This document shows, piece by piece, positions 12,000 to 24,320 of a DNA stretch of 64,000 nt. The stretch comes from Octopus sinensis (taxonomy: Eukaryota). A model generated the notes under the pieces. The model was not told the origin of the DNA and ran no database searches. It was given only the letters and a program-made list of their open reading frames with translations. The stretch spans positions 54,374,001-54,438,000 of the forward strand of contig NC_043007.1 of NCBI RefSeq assembly GCF_006345805.1, in the 5' to 3' direction. The position numbers and the translations under genes are program-made. Within the stretch, counting starts at the first letter, position 1. The number at the start of each line of letters is the position of its first letter.

Positions 12000-13850
12000 T
12001 ATGCATACACTGTCTTCAACAGTTAATGAATGTTGGTGAACATTTTATAACATTTCAATGTAATATTTCGAATGGAAATGAAGTGTGAAAAGGATTTGGA
12101 AAAAATTAATCAAGTGTAAAAATATGTGTGGCAGTTGTTATATTCTTTGTTCCATCACTGGTTTATGTATTCAGATTGTTGCCACTAAATAACTTGTATT
12201 AATATGCATTATTTTTCTTTGAGTAAATTATGAAATATGTATTTACTACTTATAAGTGTCATTGACTGTTAAGGAAAGAAGGGTAATGAATTAATGGAAT
12301 TGTAGAAATGATATGTAAGAATTTAAGAAATCATAATTGACTTAAAAGAGATGAAAGGTATTTACATGAGTGAGTAACTGTCTGTAGTTGATCATAAGTA
12401 ATTTTAGCTGGTGTTTATGATAGTTGCTACTTATTGGTTTACCATCTGAAAGAGCTAATAAATGGATAACTGAATTTGAAATGAGGGAAAACAAAGTTAT
12501 ATATTTATCTGAATAAATTTTGTGTGGATTTTTGTTATTCATTATTCCTGAATTGATATATAGTTCATATGTTATAATGTGTTTCTGATTTTATTGATGG
12601 TTTCGTGGTGTATTTGCTGGGTGTTGTATTTACTGCATCATCCAGTATTTTATGTATAATTTGTCTATATTTCTGTAAGGGCAATAAATGAAGGAAAGGT
12701 GACATTATAGATGTAGATAGAAAAGTTGAAAAATTAACTTTATCAATGAAATTGTTCTTCTATCCTACATCTGTCTGTAATGTCATTTAGGAGAATTATA
12801 TATATGTTTTGTGTTGCCTATGGAAATGTAAGTAGTGAAGAATACTTACTTGAATAAATGTCTATGTTATGATAGAAACCTCATCTGTTATTCTTGGCAG
12901 CAACGTGTAAGACATTAGTATTTTGTTGTACAGGAATATGGAATAAATAAAGTTGGTAGTATTTTAATAAGCAGAAAAATATGGATGTATCATTCAATGT
13001 GCAATGAACGAAGAACAATTATATTCAAAATATCTGTAATCCGGTCCATTCTTAGTAGAAAGTTAATTGTTCTTGACTGTACATTTGACATTGTATTAAT
13101 TGGGCTAAATTATTAGGAAATGAAAACATTTCTGAAAGAATAGTTGTCCTTGAATGTGTCTTGATTCTTTTGTTTGTACTACCTGAAAAGAATGGTTATT
13201 TGTGAACATGGATGAGAAAATGAAAATGTTGACTGCAGATTCTTACATATAAAATGGTGAATTGCGGAAATATATTTGAAATTAGAATCAATATGGAAGG
13301 AATGAAGAATAATTATGAAATGATGAAATCTGTGGTCCTTGATCCATTAATCCTTTCTGTTACAAATGTATGGTGGCATTAGTATTAACACCATGTCTCT
13401 TAGTTTCTATTCTGTATATAAATAGTTGATGGTTAATTTAGTAGTATAATAAAGATGTGCATAGTAATTTTTGAAATACCTTGTCACTGATGATGTGTAC
13501 AAAAAAAGAATTCCTGTAGTCTCTATTGATGTCATGTGAAAGAAGATATATGGAGTGTAGGCTAATGTTTAAATTGGTGGAAAATAAGAAAAATATATAA
13601 GTAATAAGACATGATAAATAAAGAATATATGTATATACCCTACAATGAAATTTATAATTCATGGTAATTGATATTCTAATCCTTTAGCTATATTTGTATG
13701 GTAGTCTTAAAATGGTATTAATGCTTGTCACTTTGTAATATGTTAAATTGTCCAGGAAATGGTACATACAAGTCCAATTCTTACTGGTGACTGTTACATT
13801 TTCCCTATCTCTAGAGGTTTATATACCCAACATGTTTGTGTATTTTATAC
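12000..13850 (-). mobile_element. Possible very old Penelope-like remnant
   Basis: Only weak motif echoes (YHFLDNL, HTNIAKGLEY, NPHKIYS). No continuous frame. Confidence 0.25.
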
Positions 13851-14056
13851 TCAAACTTGTGTTATAGCAGCTTACAATAAGCTAAACTACTTTCAAACCT
13901 CAAATTCACTTTGTGTTTTTTAAATAATTGTTTTGTTGTTTCCATATTCTGTAATGTGCGTGTGTAAATGATGCAGAGTCTGATGAGTAGATAAATATGG
14001 TTTACTGTTGTGTACAGCTGTAATCTCTTTTGATAGTTTCATTATCAGTAGTCTTT

Positions 14057-16370
14057 CTAAATGAACGCTTTCTTGTAAACATCATTCTTTGTTGTGTGTT
14101 TGTCCTTTGGTATATATATATATATATATATATATATAATCCTGGAAACCCTGTAGACACTCTAGAAAAGGCAACATATAGTTGTCCATGTGTAAATCAG
14201 GCTTTGGTAAATATAAACCAATTTTTTTCAAATGTTTGTCCTTGTGATTTATTAATTGTCATTGCCATTGCTAACCTAATAGGAAACAGTTGTCTAATAA
14301 ATGTAAATGGGACCTCTTCACCTACTCAAGAAAGGGTAACTCTTGGTATAAATACAGTTTTTTTGTTATAATTTTTGCCTTCATGATTTTTTTCTTGAAT
14401 CTCTTGAATAACTAAGCGTGTACCACTATACATGCCATTAGCTTGGTGAGAGAATAATTACTGTATTGTTTTTCAATTTTAATATGTGTGATGGTGAGCC
14501 TGAAATATTTAGTCTATTTAAGTACTCTGTAGTGAATTCTGATGGGTCATCATGACTAAAGAGAACCTTTTCATCACCTGAAAATAGTTTTATTATTTCC
14601 TCATTGATGAGATCAAAATCAACATTTCTGGGTGCTAAAACAACAAATTTTGAAATTCTTTCTGGTTCTGCAATGCATTCCTGTATGACATTTTTATTGA
14701 AAAACAAATGAGGTTGTTAAAACCATGAACAATATTACATCCCTGTGGCATGATAATTTCACCATTTGCTTCTTCTACTACAGAACCATTTCATACCTGA
14801 AGTTGATGTACTGAATTTGGTTGTTTTGATCTTCTAAATTCTGTGTATATGATTTTAATCATATATTTTCAGTCAGCTGAATTTTTTTACATGTTTCCAT
14901 AAAGATGAATTATTAAAGCTGCTGTCTACTAACTGTGGTCTGCTTCCATGTTTAATGACAGCTAATATTTGTCAAAAATATCCAACAAAAATTATTACTT
15001 TTCTTCCAAATGGAACATATTCAAATCTGGGGTCAACTGTTTTCATAAGATCTCTTTATGTTCTATCCAATGCCTCTGCGAGTTAGTGGTGAGGCATAGG
15101 TAATTCATCTCCCAAATTATAACACCAGCCTGAATAATATGTTGCTTTGTCACTCTGTATGGATACATTACATGTGATAACATTAAAAGGATTGCAGGGA
15201 AGGCAGAAAACGGAATCAGCTGTAGTACCCCCAGTAAGTAGCAATGCAGGTTTAGCAGATGACGCTGTTGCTATTGCAATCTTTCCTTCTCTGTGGACAT
15301 GGGAAAGAATGATACCATAGAGAAAAGTTTTACCTGACTCATCTGTCCATTAATAAAGAAAGTTTTAGCAGTGAGAATCTTGTGACTGTGAATATCTGCT
15401 TTTGAATTGCGAATTGTCTCTTTAATGATCTGGAATGCTGCCTGTTGACCACAATCTAATTTTTTGACATTTTCATTGAAGAAACTCTTTTGTTCAACCT
15501 GTGGAAAATTTCTAAGATCTTGCAGAATGAATGGATTACCTGTACTAATGTTGAAAATATTCATGTTTGATGTACTCAGCGGTGGGAAATTGTTTAATGT
15601 TGAACCATTTTCTTTGAAAATAAGTTCAATTTTTTGTAATGTATGTTGTTGTATGCTATCATTGATATCTTCTACTTCTAAAGCAGTCATTTCCTCTTCT
15701 GAAAGTTTCTTTTCAAATGCTGTAAATAATTTGTTGAGTTCTGCAAGGTTGCAGTAATTAAGAATGAAGCAGAAAAGTCTTTGTGTCTGATATGGAGTTG
15801 CTGAAATATTTGAAAACTCCATAGTCTGATAGTATTCATGGTCATCATGTGCTAAACCCAGTTTCATTGCAGCTTCTTTGTAACTATAGCAAACTACACC
15901 ATTCATAGTCCTCATATATTCAAATGATGTAGCTCTGGGAATATGATATAGTAAAGCTCTCAGAATCACTCCTGTTCCTTTGATGAAACAAAGCAGAAAC
16001 ACCCAATTGAGTGTGTATTATTTTTTCTGAGATGTCATATTTTCTCACTATTATTCCATGTATAACATTCAGGAAAATCAGTATAGTGTAATGTACATGC
16101 AAATGAGTTAGCTGACAATTCCTGGTTAACTTGCATCCATTCAGTGAGAGTAGACCTGTCATGTGTATGAATAACATGTTCAATATCATCTTGTAAATGT
16201 ATTGCTGTTGGGGTAAATTAACTGTAAGCTGTTGGACTGCAGGATGTGAACCATGTAATTTGAACCCTAGAATCCTCCAAACTGCCTCTAATGAGGATAC
16301 ATAGCAGCCATTGGTATAATTTTCAATTTCATATTTGTGTGTTTGTTGTGTATAGTGATTGTCAGTAAAT
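14057..16370 (-). mobile_element. Helitron Rep/PIF1-helicase remnant (frameshifted)
   Basis: Rep region: EIENY..YVSSLEAVWRI..HPAVQQL and LLYHIPRATSFEYMRTMNG. Helicase: GKIAIATASS, GRKVIIFVGYF*Q, VLAPRNVD..INE, SGSPSHILKLK, FPIRLAMAMTINKSQGQT, HGQLYVAFSRV. C-terminal KNDVYKKAFI* with stop at 14057-14059. A (TA)n run is inserted at about 14110-14137. Confidence 0.93.
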
Positions 16371-16391
16371 GACATCCTATAATTTTTATAA

Positions 16392-16453
16392 TTGCATGTG
16401 AGAAAGCGGGTCACCATCTTGCATGTGAGAAAGCGGGTCACTATCTTGCATGT
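16392..16453 (+). repeat. 27-bp tandem repeat, about 2.3 copies
   Basis: TTGCATGTGAGAAAGCGGGTCACCATC twice (second copy has one change), plus a partial third copy. Confidence 0.9.
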
Positions 16454-16499
16454 AAACGACGAGAAAATAAGAATTTGTAAGACGTTCATAATAAGTCAT

Positions 16500-18340
16500 A
16501 ACATATTTATTACTGGATTTAATGTGTTAACATATAAGGTTTATTGAAGGAAAAGCTTGTAACAACACATGAACATATTTTGCAACCACATGTCTCAAAG
16601 CAAACAAGGCAAACATCCGCACATATGGGTGTGTATGTGAGTGGTGTGACTCAATGCATGTCTAGGAACTAACAAAGATATGTGGGGACATATAACAATT
16701 AGAAAAAAAAATACGTATGATATACATGCATGACAATGAGAATGACAAATGAAAATGTGCTACCTGCCCCACCTCAAGCAGCATCACTTACTTCCTTCAA
16801 ATCCAGTTCTTTATGTTTATACCATATCTCTTTACCAGTTCCTCGTGTTTTATAACATCCAACACCTCCTTTATGTTACATTCCACTTTCCTGTATTTTA
16901 CACCCTCCTTGTACTCCTCCATTTCTTTTAAACGACATTCTGGTACCAACACACTTGTAACCACGTTTTCTTTTTCTTCCATATTTATGAGTTTTGTGTC
17001 CTTCCATCTCAATTTGTCTATTAAATCCAAATCCACACCTTTATACAAACTGCAAGCATAACAAGTGGGAGGGGAGGTTTGTAGTTTTTTGTGTGTCTGT
17101 GCTTCTTTTTTCTTTTGTTTTGTGTTGGCGGAGAATGGGTGGATTTGGTGTCTGCGGGGGGAGAGTAGAGTTGAGAAGGTATGGGTGGGATGGGGGTGGG
17201 TTGGGAGTTCACACTGACTTTCTTCCTCTTTCTCTGCTTTCTTCCTTCAGCCACCTTCCACCTTTCTTCCTTGTTCACTTCTGTTATTTTTTAGCACTCT
17301 CTCCGGCTCTTTCTTGACTTCCTCTTGAATTTCCTTATTGTTTTTTAGAGGGCAGTGCGCTCTAATGTGGCCCTTTTGGCCACATTTAAAGCAATGAGGG
17401 ATTCTGCCCTCTACCCAAACTCTGAGCACCGCTTCTATTGTTACCATTTTCACCGTATTATGATGTCCCGCACATTTCCTCTCCAGTTGGTGGCCTCTGT
17501 CTCTGTGGCTTGGAGCATGGTTACTTCTTTTTCACTTCCTAGAAGCACAGATGTTGCCACCTAAGCCATGTCTATTTCAGGGGGATTCCCTTCACCCTGA
17601 CCCCGGAAGTCCTTCTTCCAAGGTATGTGGGTAGGAGGATCACCCTCTCTCTTCAATGGGTTCACTGCATGTTCCTTAGCTTTTCCTTGCTTCTGAAGTG
17701 CACATCTAGCGTGCCTTAGCTTCCTCAGGCAAGATATAACTTATCTTGCCAGATTGGCCTCAGTGCCCTTTCTATCATTTCTGTTTGTTCATTTTCAATC
17801 CTTTTTTCTTTTACTGAATATACTTTGTAAACTATCTTCTTTTCTTCCATATTTTTCATAATTTCTCTTCTTGCAACCTCTGTCGCCTCTGTGAAACTTT
17901 TCTTCCTCAAGCACTTGTCTATCACTTTTACTGCTCACACGAGCTCCTCCTCAGCCCTGCTTAGGTCTGAATAAAACATATTTTTCCCTGAAGACTAAGC
18001 CATCTCTCCTCAAATGTGGAGAGACAGCACAGACAAACAAACTGTTGCAAAGCAGCACAAAAATCAACAATTTTTAACCAATTCAAACAATTGCAACAAA
18101 CGAATCAATATGCAAAATTTAGTCTAGATAGACACGACAGGCAAAAGTGGCATGAAATTAGAAATGTGTTCCTTTATATACAGGATGAACTGGAAGTCCC
18201 TGACTTCCATGTCATCCGGAAATTAATTGGAAACTTCTTGAATATTCAAGAATTTTTGAGAAGGTCAAGGGAGATTACTCTCATTAGATTCCTTTTTCAT
18301 TTTGCTTTCCTGCTTGACCGCCAGTGGTCACTACAATAGC
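16500..18340 (-). mobile_element. ORF1-only (HAL1-like) non-LTR element, decayed
   Basis: Interrupted ORF from about 18003 to 16797 with a CCHC knuckle CFKCGQKGHIRAHC (17352-17393), homologous to ORF1 at 5970. It runs into about 260 nt of non-coding sequence with AATAAA (16540-16545). No APE or RT sequence seen. Confidence 0.65.
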
Positions 18341-19249
18341 AAACCAGGATTTCATGGATAAAATACATAGATTAACTTCAACATAAAGAAAACTGTTGTC
18401 TTATGTATATCGAAAAATTCCATCAGTGTTAGATGGATATCTTAACTTCAGTTAAGATGTATTTTTTTAAATGAGGATAACAAGAAAAAAATTCCTAGTA
18501 GTTAAACATTCATTCGAGGTTCTAAAGTACTTCAAAAGGTGTGAGGAGAGGGTGATTTGGCTGGTATTTCTAGCAAGTTGAGCGAACATACAGAGGTGAT
18601 GTATCAGTCTAAAATATAAAAATTTAAAGCAGAAACCAAGATGAAAGACTATAAAGCAGTTATTAACAGAACGTACATTTAATATTGAAAGCCATGATGA
18701 ATTAATAAGATATATTAACTGAAAAATAACACACGACTAAACATAAGCTTTAATAAGAGCAATTCTTTCTGCAGATGAACGATTTAAAAGCAAAATACTA
18801 TTAATATTAAAGAAACAGAGAGAAAACACTATGCAATAAATATTTTTAGATGTCTTACGTCACAAAGGGCGCTTCTTTAGAAGCACACCTCTCCAAGAAA
18901 ATTATGCCTAATTTCTCAAAAAATTATGAAAATGGGAAATATATCCAAAATAAATTAAGTATGCAAAAAATTAGGAAGATTCATCTATTTTTAGATATTT
19001 TATACTAAAAAATAAAACATGGAAAATGGGCACTCGCAAATATAAACAAACAAGTCGGATGATACAAGGGGCAGTAACTTGTATCAGATACTATTAATGA
19101 TACGAGGGGCCCGACAATAACATTTTCAAATTCTTGATTGTTTTTAATCAGATTTTTTACTGCGCACACTGGTTAGGGTTAGGGTTAAATGGTGTGCACT
19201 CACTTTACCTTCGCCCATTTTATGATGTGATATACAACAGAAATAATTA

Positions 19250-19480
19250 TATAAGAGCACAGGTTGCTAACCCCAAGATTCTGAGTTCGATTCCAGGCAG
19301 TGACCTGAATAATAATAATAATAATAACAACAACAGCAACATCAGAAAAATACCTTAGGAATGAGAACACACATTTGAAATTCCCTCAGGACATCTGATG
19401 AAGACTGGAGAATACAACAAACAAGATGAGGACAAATATTCATCAAATGTAAATAATATACATAATTCCTCATCTTTCAT
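19250..19480 (+). mobile_element. tRNA-like SINE fragment
   Basis: AGAGCACAGGTTGCTAACCCC...GAGTTCGATTCC (B box), then (AAT)n and a tail containing CTGATGAAGACTG. Confidence 0.5.
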
Positions 19481-20179
19481 ATATAGAACTGTATGATGAC
19501 TAAAGACAGAAGGGAGGTGAATAAAATAGAACACAGATACAAACAGGGTAATACACACGCAATGGATAAAGTACTGTTTACACAAAATTGTCATGGATTA
19601 TCAAGATTAAACCAGTAAATTTTAATCTATTTTAAAAAATACTTTTTATAGTTTTCTAATTTTAAAATAACATTCGATATATTATAAAAACTTTATTTTC
19701 TCCATCTCTGATGAGCGGAGGTATTGTCTATCAATGTGTATCAACAATGGATTCCATTATAATAACAATACTTTCGTGAAACAATCATAAGATGCCTTAA
19801 TTAACAAATTTTTAAGCTATGATGTTTCATATATTTATATATATTTTTAATACAATACTATTTGAGACATATATATCGCGAGGAATATTTTTGATTTTGA
19901 ATTTCATGCTATTATTTCAAAATGCAGTGTGTGTATATATATATACACACACAACCATACACAATTCAATAATGATAATTGACAGACAAAAGGCTAAATA
20001 TATAAAGCAAATATATACACATGGGGAATTAGATAACTAAAGTTAAATGATAAAGCAATGTTGTTAATCTACAGTAAGTTTAGATTAGTCAAAGAACCCC
20101 TTGACAAAACTCACAAATATCATGACTAATTCTTATACCTGGATGTTTGTGGAAGTGACCTTTTGAAAGAGTGAGTAAT

Positions 20180-20216
<37 letters not shown>

Positions 20217-20280
20217 CTCTGATAGTTGTCACATGATACATTGTAAAATAAACGCTAACATATTACAAATTTGTGATAAT

Positions 20281-20480
20281 AATCCTTCCTACTATAAGCA
20301 CTGGCCTGAAATTTGGGTGGGAGAGGGGACATCAACCCATGTATTCAGCTGGTACTTATCAACCCTAGAAAGTAAAGTCAACCCTGGTGGAATTTGAACT
20401 CAGAACATAAAGAGTTGGAAGAAATTGTCACTAAGCATTTTTGTCCAGTATGCTAATGATTCTCCCAGCACACTGCCTTA
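20281..20480 (-). mobile_element. tRNA-derived SINE fragment
   Basis: The minus strand has an A-box-like TGGGAGAATCATTAGC and a B-box-like GAGTTCAAATTCC. The body resembles the SINE pieces at 49490-49845. Confidence 0.6.
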
Positions 20481-21178
20481 GTAATCATTGTAATAATAAT
20501 AATATTAATAAGGATGACGATAACGATTTCTTTTATCACCACATGGCCATTATTAATAGAAATTGTAGAATGTTATATCAAATATTCAACCATACTTAGT
20601 TTCAACTTCCTGTTGTATTCTGCTGAATTTATGCAACAAAAATTTTATAATAATTCTGCTTGTCATTCTGTTACTTAGCCCGTTGGTAACACTATCATGT
20701 GATTAGAGAAAGAGTGGGAGAAAGAAGCGTCTATGATATGGGGTAGAGGGAATGTAATTGTAATGCTTTCATATGATTTGTTGAAGGGAAAGAGAGGAGA
20801 AAGAAAAAGGAGAGAGAAAAAGAGGAAAAATGCAAAGAGTGAGACAAGGAGGGAGAGAGAAGCGTCCATGATGTGAGGTAGAGGGAACATGATATTTATT
20901 ATGTGGTTAAAAAAGTTAGTTGAAAGTAGTGATGATATAGAGGAGGAGAGTTAAAAATATAACTTTAGCAGAGTAGTGATTTTCTGATGGCGAGGTTAAA
21001 GAAAGACAGAGTGGGAGAGAGATGATGATGGTGGTTGCGGAAATAAAGTTGGTAGAGGTGGTGATTGGATAACGAAAAGTGTATTTAAAAAAAAAATTAA
21101 ACTAAGTTACACTTATATCACTTATAACTTAATGCATGCGCATAAGTGCAGTTCTGTGAAATATTCGTGCTTATTTGC

Positions 21179-21218
21179 ATGGCAGATATATGCAATTTAA
21201 TTAAAGGTTCTATCATAT
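21179..21218 (+). CDS. Galaxin-like gene, coding exon 1 (MADICNLIKGSII, signal peptide start)
   Basis: ATG at 21179 is open to a GTAAGG donor at 21219. The phase-1 join to the next exon gives TTT (F) and a hydrophobic stretch IIFLVLVKSILCS. Confidence 0.72.
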
Positions 21219-21514
21219 GTAAGGAATATTTTATTTTTGTTTATGGGAAAAATGGAAAAATAAGAGTGAATATTTATTTTATGAGTGTTGTGTGTTAAGT
21301 CTATAAAATTGTGCATAAAGTATATAAAGTGCATTTTGTAATCATCGTATTCCAATTTCTTTCACTTTTCAATGAGTAGCAGATTAATGACTATCATTCC
21401 ATACAGACACAACACAGGCTACGCTTTCAGATTTTTTTGGATAAAGTTTTCAGAAATAACCCAATAGGTTTACTATTAAATCCATGAAATATTCATGGGT
21501 CTTGCTAGTGATAA

Positions 21515-21544
21515 AAAATTTGCCACCTATAGGTGGCAAATTTT
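21515..21544. repeat. Perfect 30-bp palindrome in intron 1
   Basis: AAAATTTGCCACCTA|TAGGTGGCAAATTTT. Confidence 0.95.
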
Positions 21545-21697
21545 AACAAAGATTAACATTGGGACTAGTTAAGATAAATCTATATTTCTGTATCAAACCT
21601 GTTTGTATATTAATCTTTACCTATATATTTTCATTAATCTGTATCTATATATTGAAAGTTTTAAAATATTGTAAATTTAAATATTTCTATTTTTCAG

Positions 21698-21805
21698 TTT
21701 TGGTACTAGTGAAATCAATACTTTGTTCCGAAGAAGATATTTTGAACTATATCAACTGCGAGAACCAGAGACTTAATCGATCATCTACAGGTTGTTGTAC
21801 TAGCG
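21698..21805 (+). CDS. Galaxin-like gene, coding exon 2 (LVLVKSILCSEEDILNYINCENQRLNRSSTGCCTS)
   Basis: Acceptor TTTCTATTTTTCAG, donor GTATGT, 108 nt, phase 1-1. Pattern C-x(11)-CC. Confidence 0.85.
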
Positions 21806-22852
21806 GTATGTTTGTCATTTATGAATTATCAGGATCATTTTTTAGTATTAGCTATAAAGAAATTGTGGTTTTCTTCCTGACCTTCTGTACTCTGAGATCA
21901 AATCACATAGAGATCAACTTTGCCTTTTATTCTTTTGAGATTGATATAAGATATCTGTGTAGTACTAGGGTTGATACTTAACAGTCTCTTTCTCTCTGAA
22001 TTGTAATTCAAGGTCCATCTGTCACCTTTGTGTCACACTGATTTGAGCTGCAAATTGTGCTAAGATACATGTCTGTGGAATGCTTAATAGTTACTTCCAT
22101 GTTATTTCTCCATGAGTAGGAATTCAGTTGATGAAACAACTGAACATTTGTTTTTGAAACTGATGGAGAATCCATCACTATTGATGTTTATTTATAATTG
22201 TCAGTGTGTAACATTGCATGCACACACATGTACATGTGTGCACACACACACACACACACATTCTGTCTTACTGAGAATTAAACCTAATTATTCTATGCAG
22301 ACAATAATTCTTGTCATAATTATTATTTTTTATTAAATTAGTGAAATAAAAGTAACTATAGACCACCATACTTAATGCAATCCTTTTATGGCTTTGTTTC
22401 CCATAATTTTGTGGTTGATAAAATAAGTTTCATGTGTCTTTCTGCAGCTGTGTCCATATAAACAAACAATATTAAATTATCAACTTGTGACTATTTGGTA
22501 TTTAGCTTTATCTTCCTAGTTCTGAGTCCAACATGCATCAAAGTGTACTTTGTTTTCCATACATCTACAATTGATGCAATAAATGCCATTCTTATATTGT
22601 AGTCACTTTAATCAACATTATCTTTATCTTAAAAATTTTCAGTTTGATGTCAATACAAAAAAATCTTGATAAATATTTTTAATAATGCACTGTAGATTAA
22701 AACAGTCTTGACAAGTACAATGTCTACTTCTGTTTGAAGCTGTTTCACTTCTGTTATTTCCTATTATTCATGAAAAATGCACACACATTAATCATTTTTA
22801 TTTCTTTCTAAAGCATTCTATAAGAATAATTCTAGGTTGTTTTTTTTTTTAG

Positions 22853-23023
22853 CAACTGGTAAAGAAACTGTATACAATAGGTCAAAGGAATTCTGCTGTG
22901 GCAACAAAGTTTACCCTAAACAGAAATATTCCAGTTGTTGTACCCATGAGGAGAGGGAGAAATCTAAAAAATACCACATTCGAGAGGAAATATGCTGCAA
23001 TGGAGAAGTGGTTACCAGACCAG
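22853..23023 (+). CDS. Galaxin-like gene, coding exon 3 (TGKETVYNRSKEFCCGNKVYPKQKYSSCCTHEEREKSKKYHIREEICCNGEVVTRP)
   Basis: Poly-T AG acceptor, GTATGC donor, 171 nt, phase 1-1. Three Cys-Cys motifs with Y/YN upstream. Confidence 0.9.
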
Positions 23024-23392
23024 GTATGCACACATCAATTCTTACTAATGTTATTTTGAATGGACAAAAATAAAAAGAGCTCTAAACAATGTCAGATAAA
23101 GTAATTCAGTATATATTAATAATAACAAATTTTTTAATCAAGTGGTTATTTTTCAAAAAATATGTTTTATTAATTCTTTTCTTAGCTTGGTCAAAGACTC
23201 AAATGTTTATAAGAGGCATATAATGAGGTAACTTGATTTTTTTTTATATATAGGCATATGAAAGAGAGAAAGCAACTTGAATAGTTTTCATTACAATAAT
23301 ATTTGTATGATACCAGTATAATATTAGTAAAAAAAAGACAAGTATAAGGCAACTTTAGAAAGATAACACTTGAATTTTTTAATATCTATATA

Positions 23393-23421
23393 TCTATATA
23401 TATATATATATAAAACTGAGG

Positions 23422-23456
<35 letters not shown>

Positions 23457-23690
23457 CCTGAAGAACTTCTGAAGTTCACAACTGATTTTCTCCAAACTGG
23501 AGAACATATATTACTTATGTTCCAGAGATGGTTTTAGACACTTAAAATTTTTCACATAACGAGTAATGGGGACCCTGGGGGCAGAAAACCCTATTTCCTG
23601 GGGTACGAATGACTGCCTGCATAGTCCATGCATTGCTTCTGTTCAAACTGGAAAAAAACAGCTACTGAAATGATATAAGTAGGTTGTATT
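23393..23690 (+). mobile_element. Probable 5' part of a non-autonomous Helitron
   Basis: TCTATATATA...TAAAACTGAGGAT(GT)n start, similar in layout to the 5' end of the element at 44213-44712. No CTAG 3' end recognised. Confidence 0.4.
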
Positions 23691-23914
23691 AAATGGATGA
23701 ACCAATGTAGACTTCAAACTGCATTGTCTATGTTCCCATAGTACCATAGGTAACAATTTGCTGGAATAAAAACCATTTGGAACACACTATGCTTATTATG
23801 AAACTATGTTAAAATATGTTAAATCCTGAGCAACTACTCAACTATTTTCTTTTAGCTTCAGTATCAAAGTCTTTCTTCTGTGTATAGAAGAAGCCCATAC
23901 AAATATTTTTCAGG

Positions 23915-24320
23915 TATTGATTACAAACCGAAATATTGCATGTACATTAACCTACTAATTCATGGTGTCTAAGACCCAATCATATTAGTTAGAGACCATG
24001 TCCTTAATGTGACCTTGCATGCAAAATTGTTTTTATTTGGTAGCTGAGTTGTCCTCACAATGGTCGCACACTGTTTATGTGAAGGAGTGCACAGTTGAAC
24101 CACAAATATTGATTTTCAACCACATCAGTAACCAAACATCATGTGACCCAACCACGTTTGTTAGAGACCATGTCCATAATGTGATCTTATGTACCCCAAC
24201 ACTGCATGCAGAATTGTTTTCATTTGGAAGCTGAGTTGTCCCCACAATGGTCACAAGCAATTTATGCAAAGGAGTGCACGGTTCAGCCACGACTATTGAT
24301 TACAAACCAAAATATCACAT
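23915..24320 (+). repeat. Degenerate tandem repeat of about 170-190 bp, about 2.2 copies
   Basis: TTAGAGACCATGTCC, GCTGAGTTGTCC and AAGGAGTGCAC each occur twice; TATTGATT occurs three times, at offsets 172-190. Confidence 0.75.

Noticed and set aside
19172-19189. GGTTAGGGTTAGGGTTAA as a telomere
   Set aside because: Only about 2.5 units, interstitial, and likely from a repeat like the MITE at 10897.
21100-21178. Core promoter of the galaxin-like gene
   Set aside because: TATA-like words are ubiquitous in this AT-rich DNA, and the start site or a non-coding first exon cannot be inferred.
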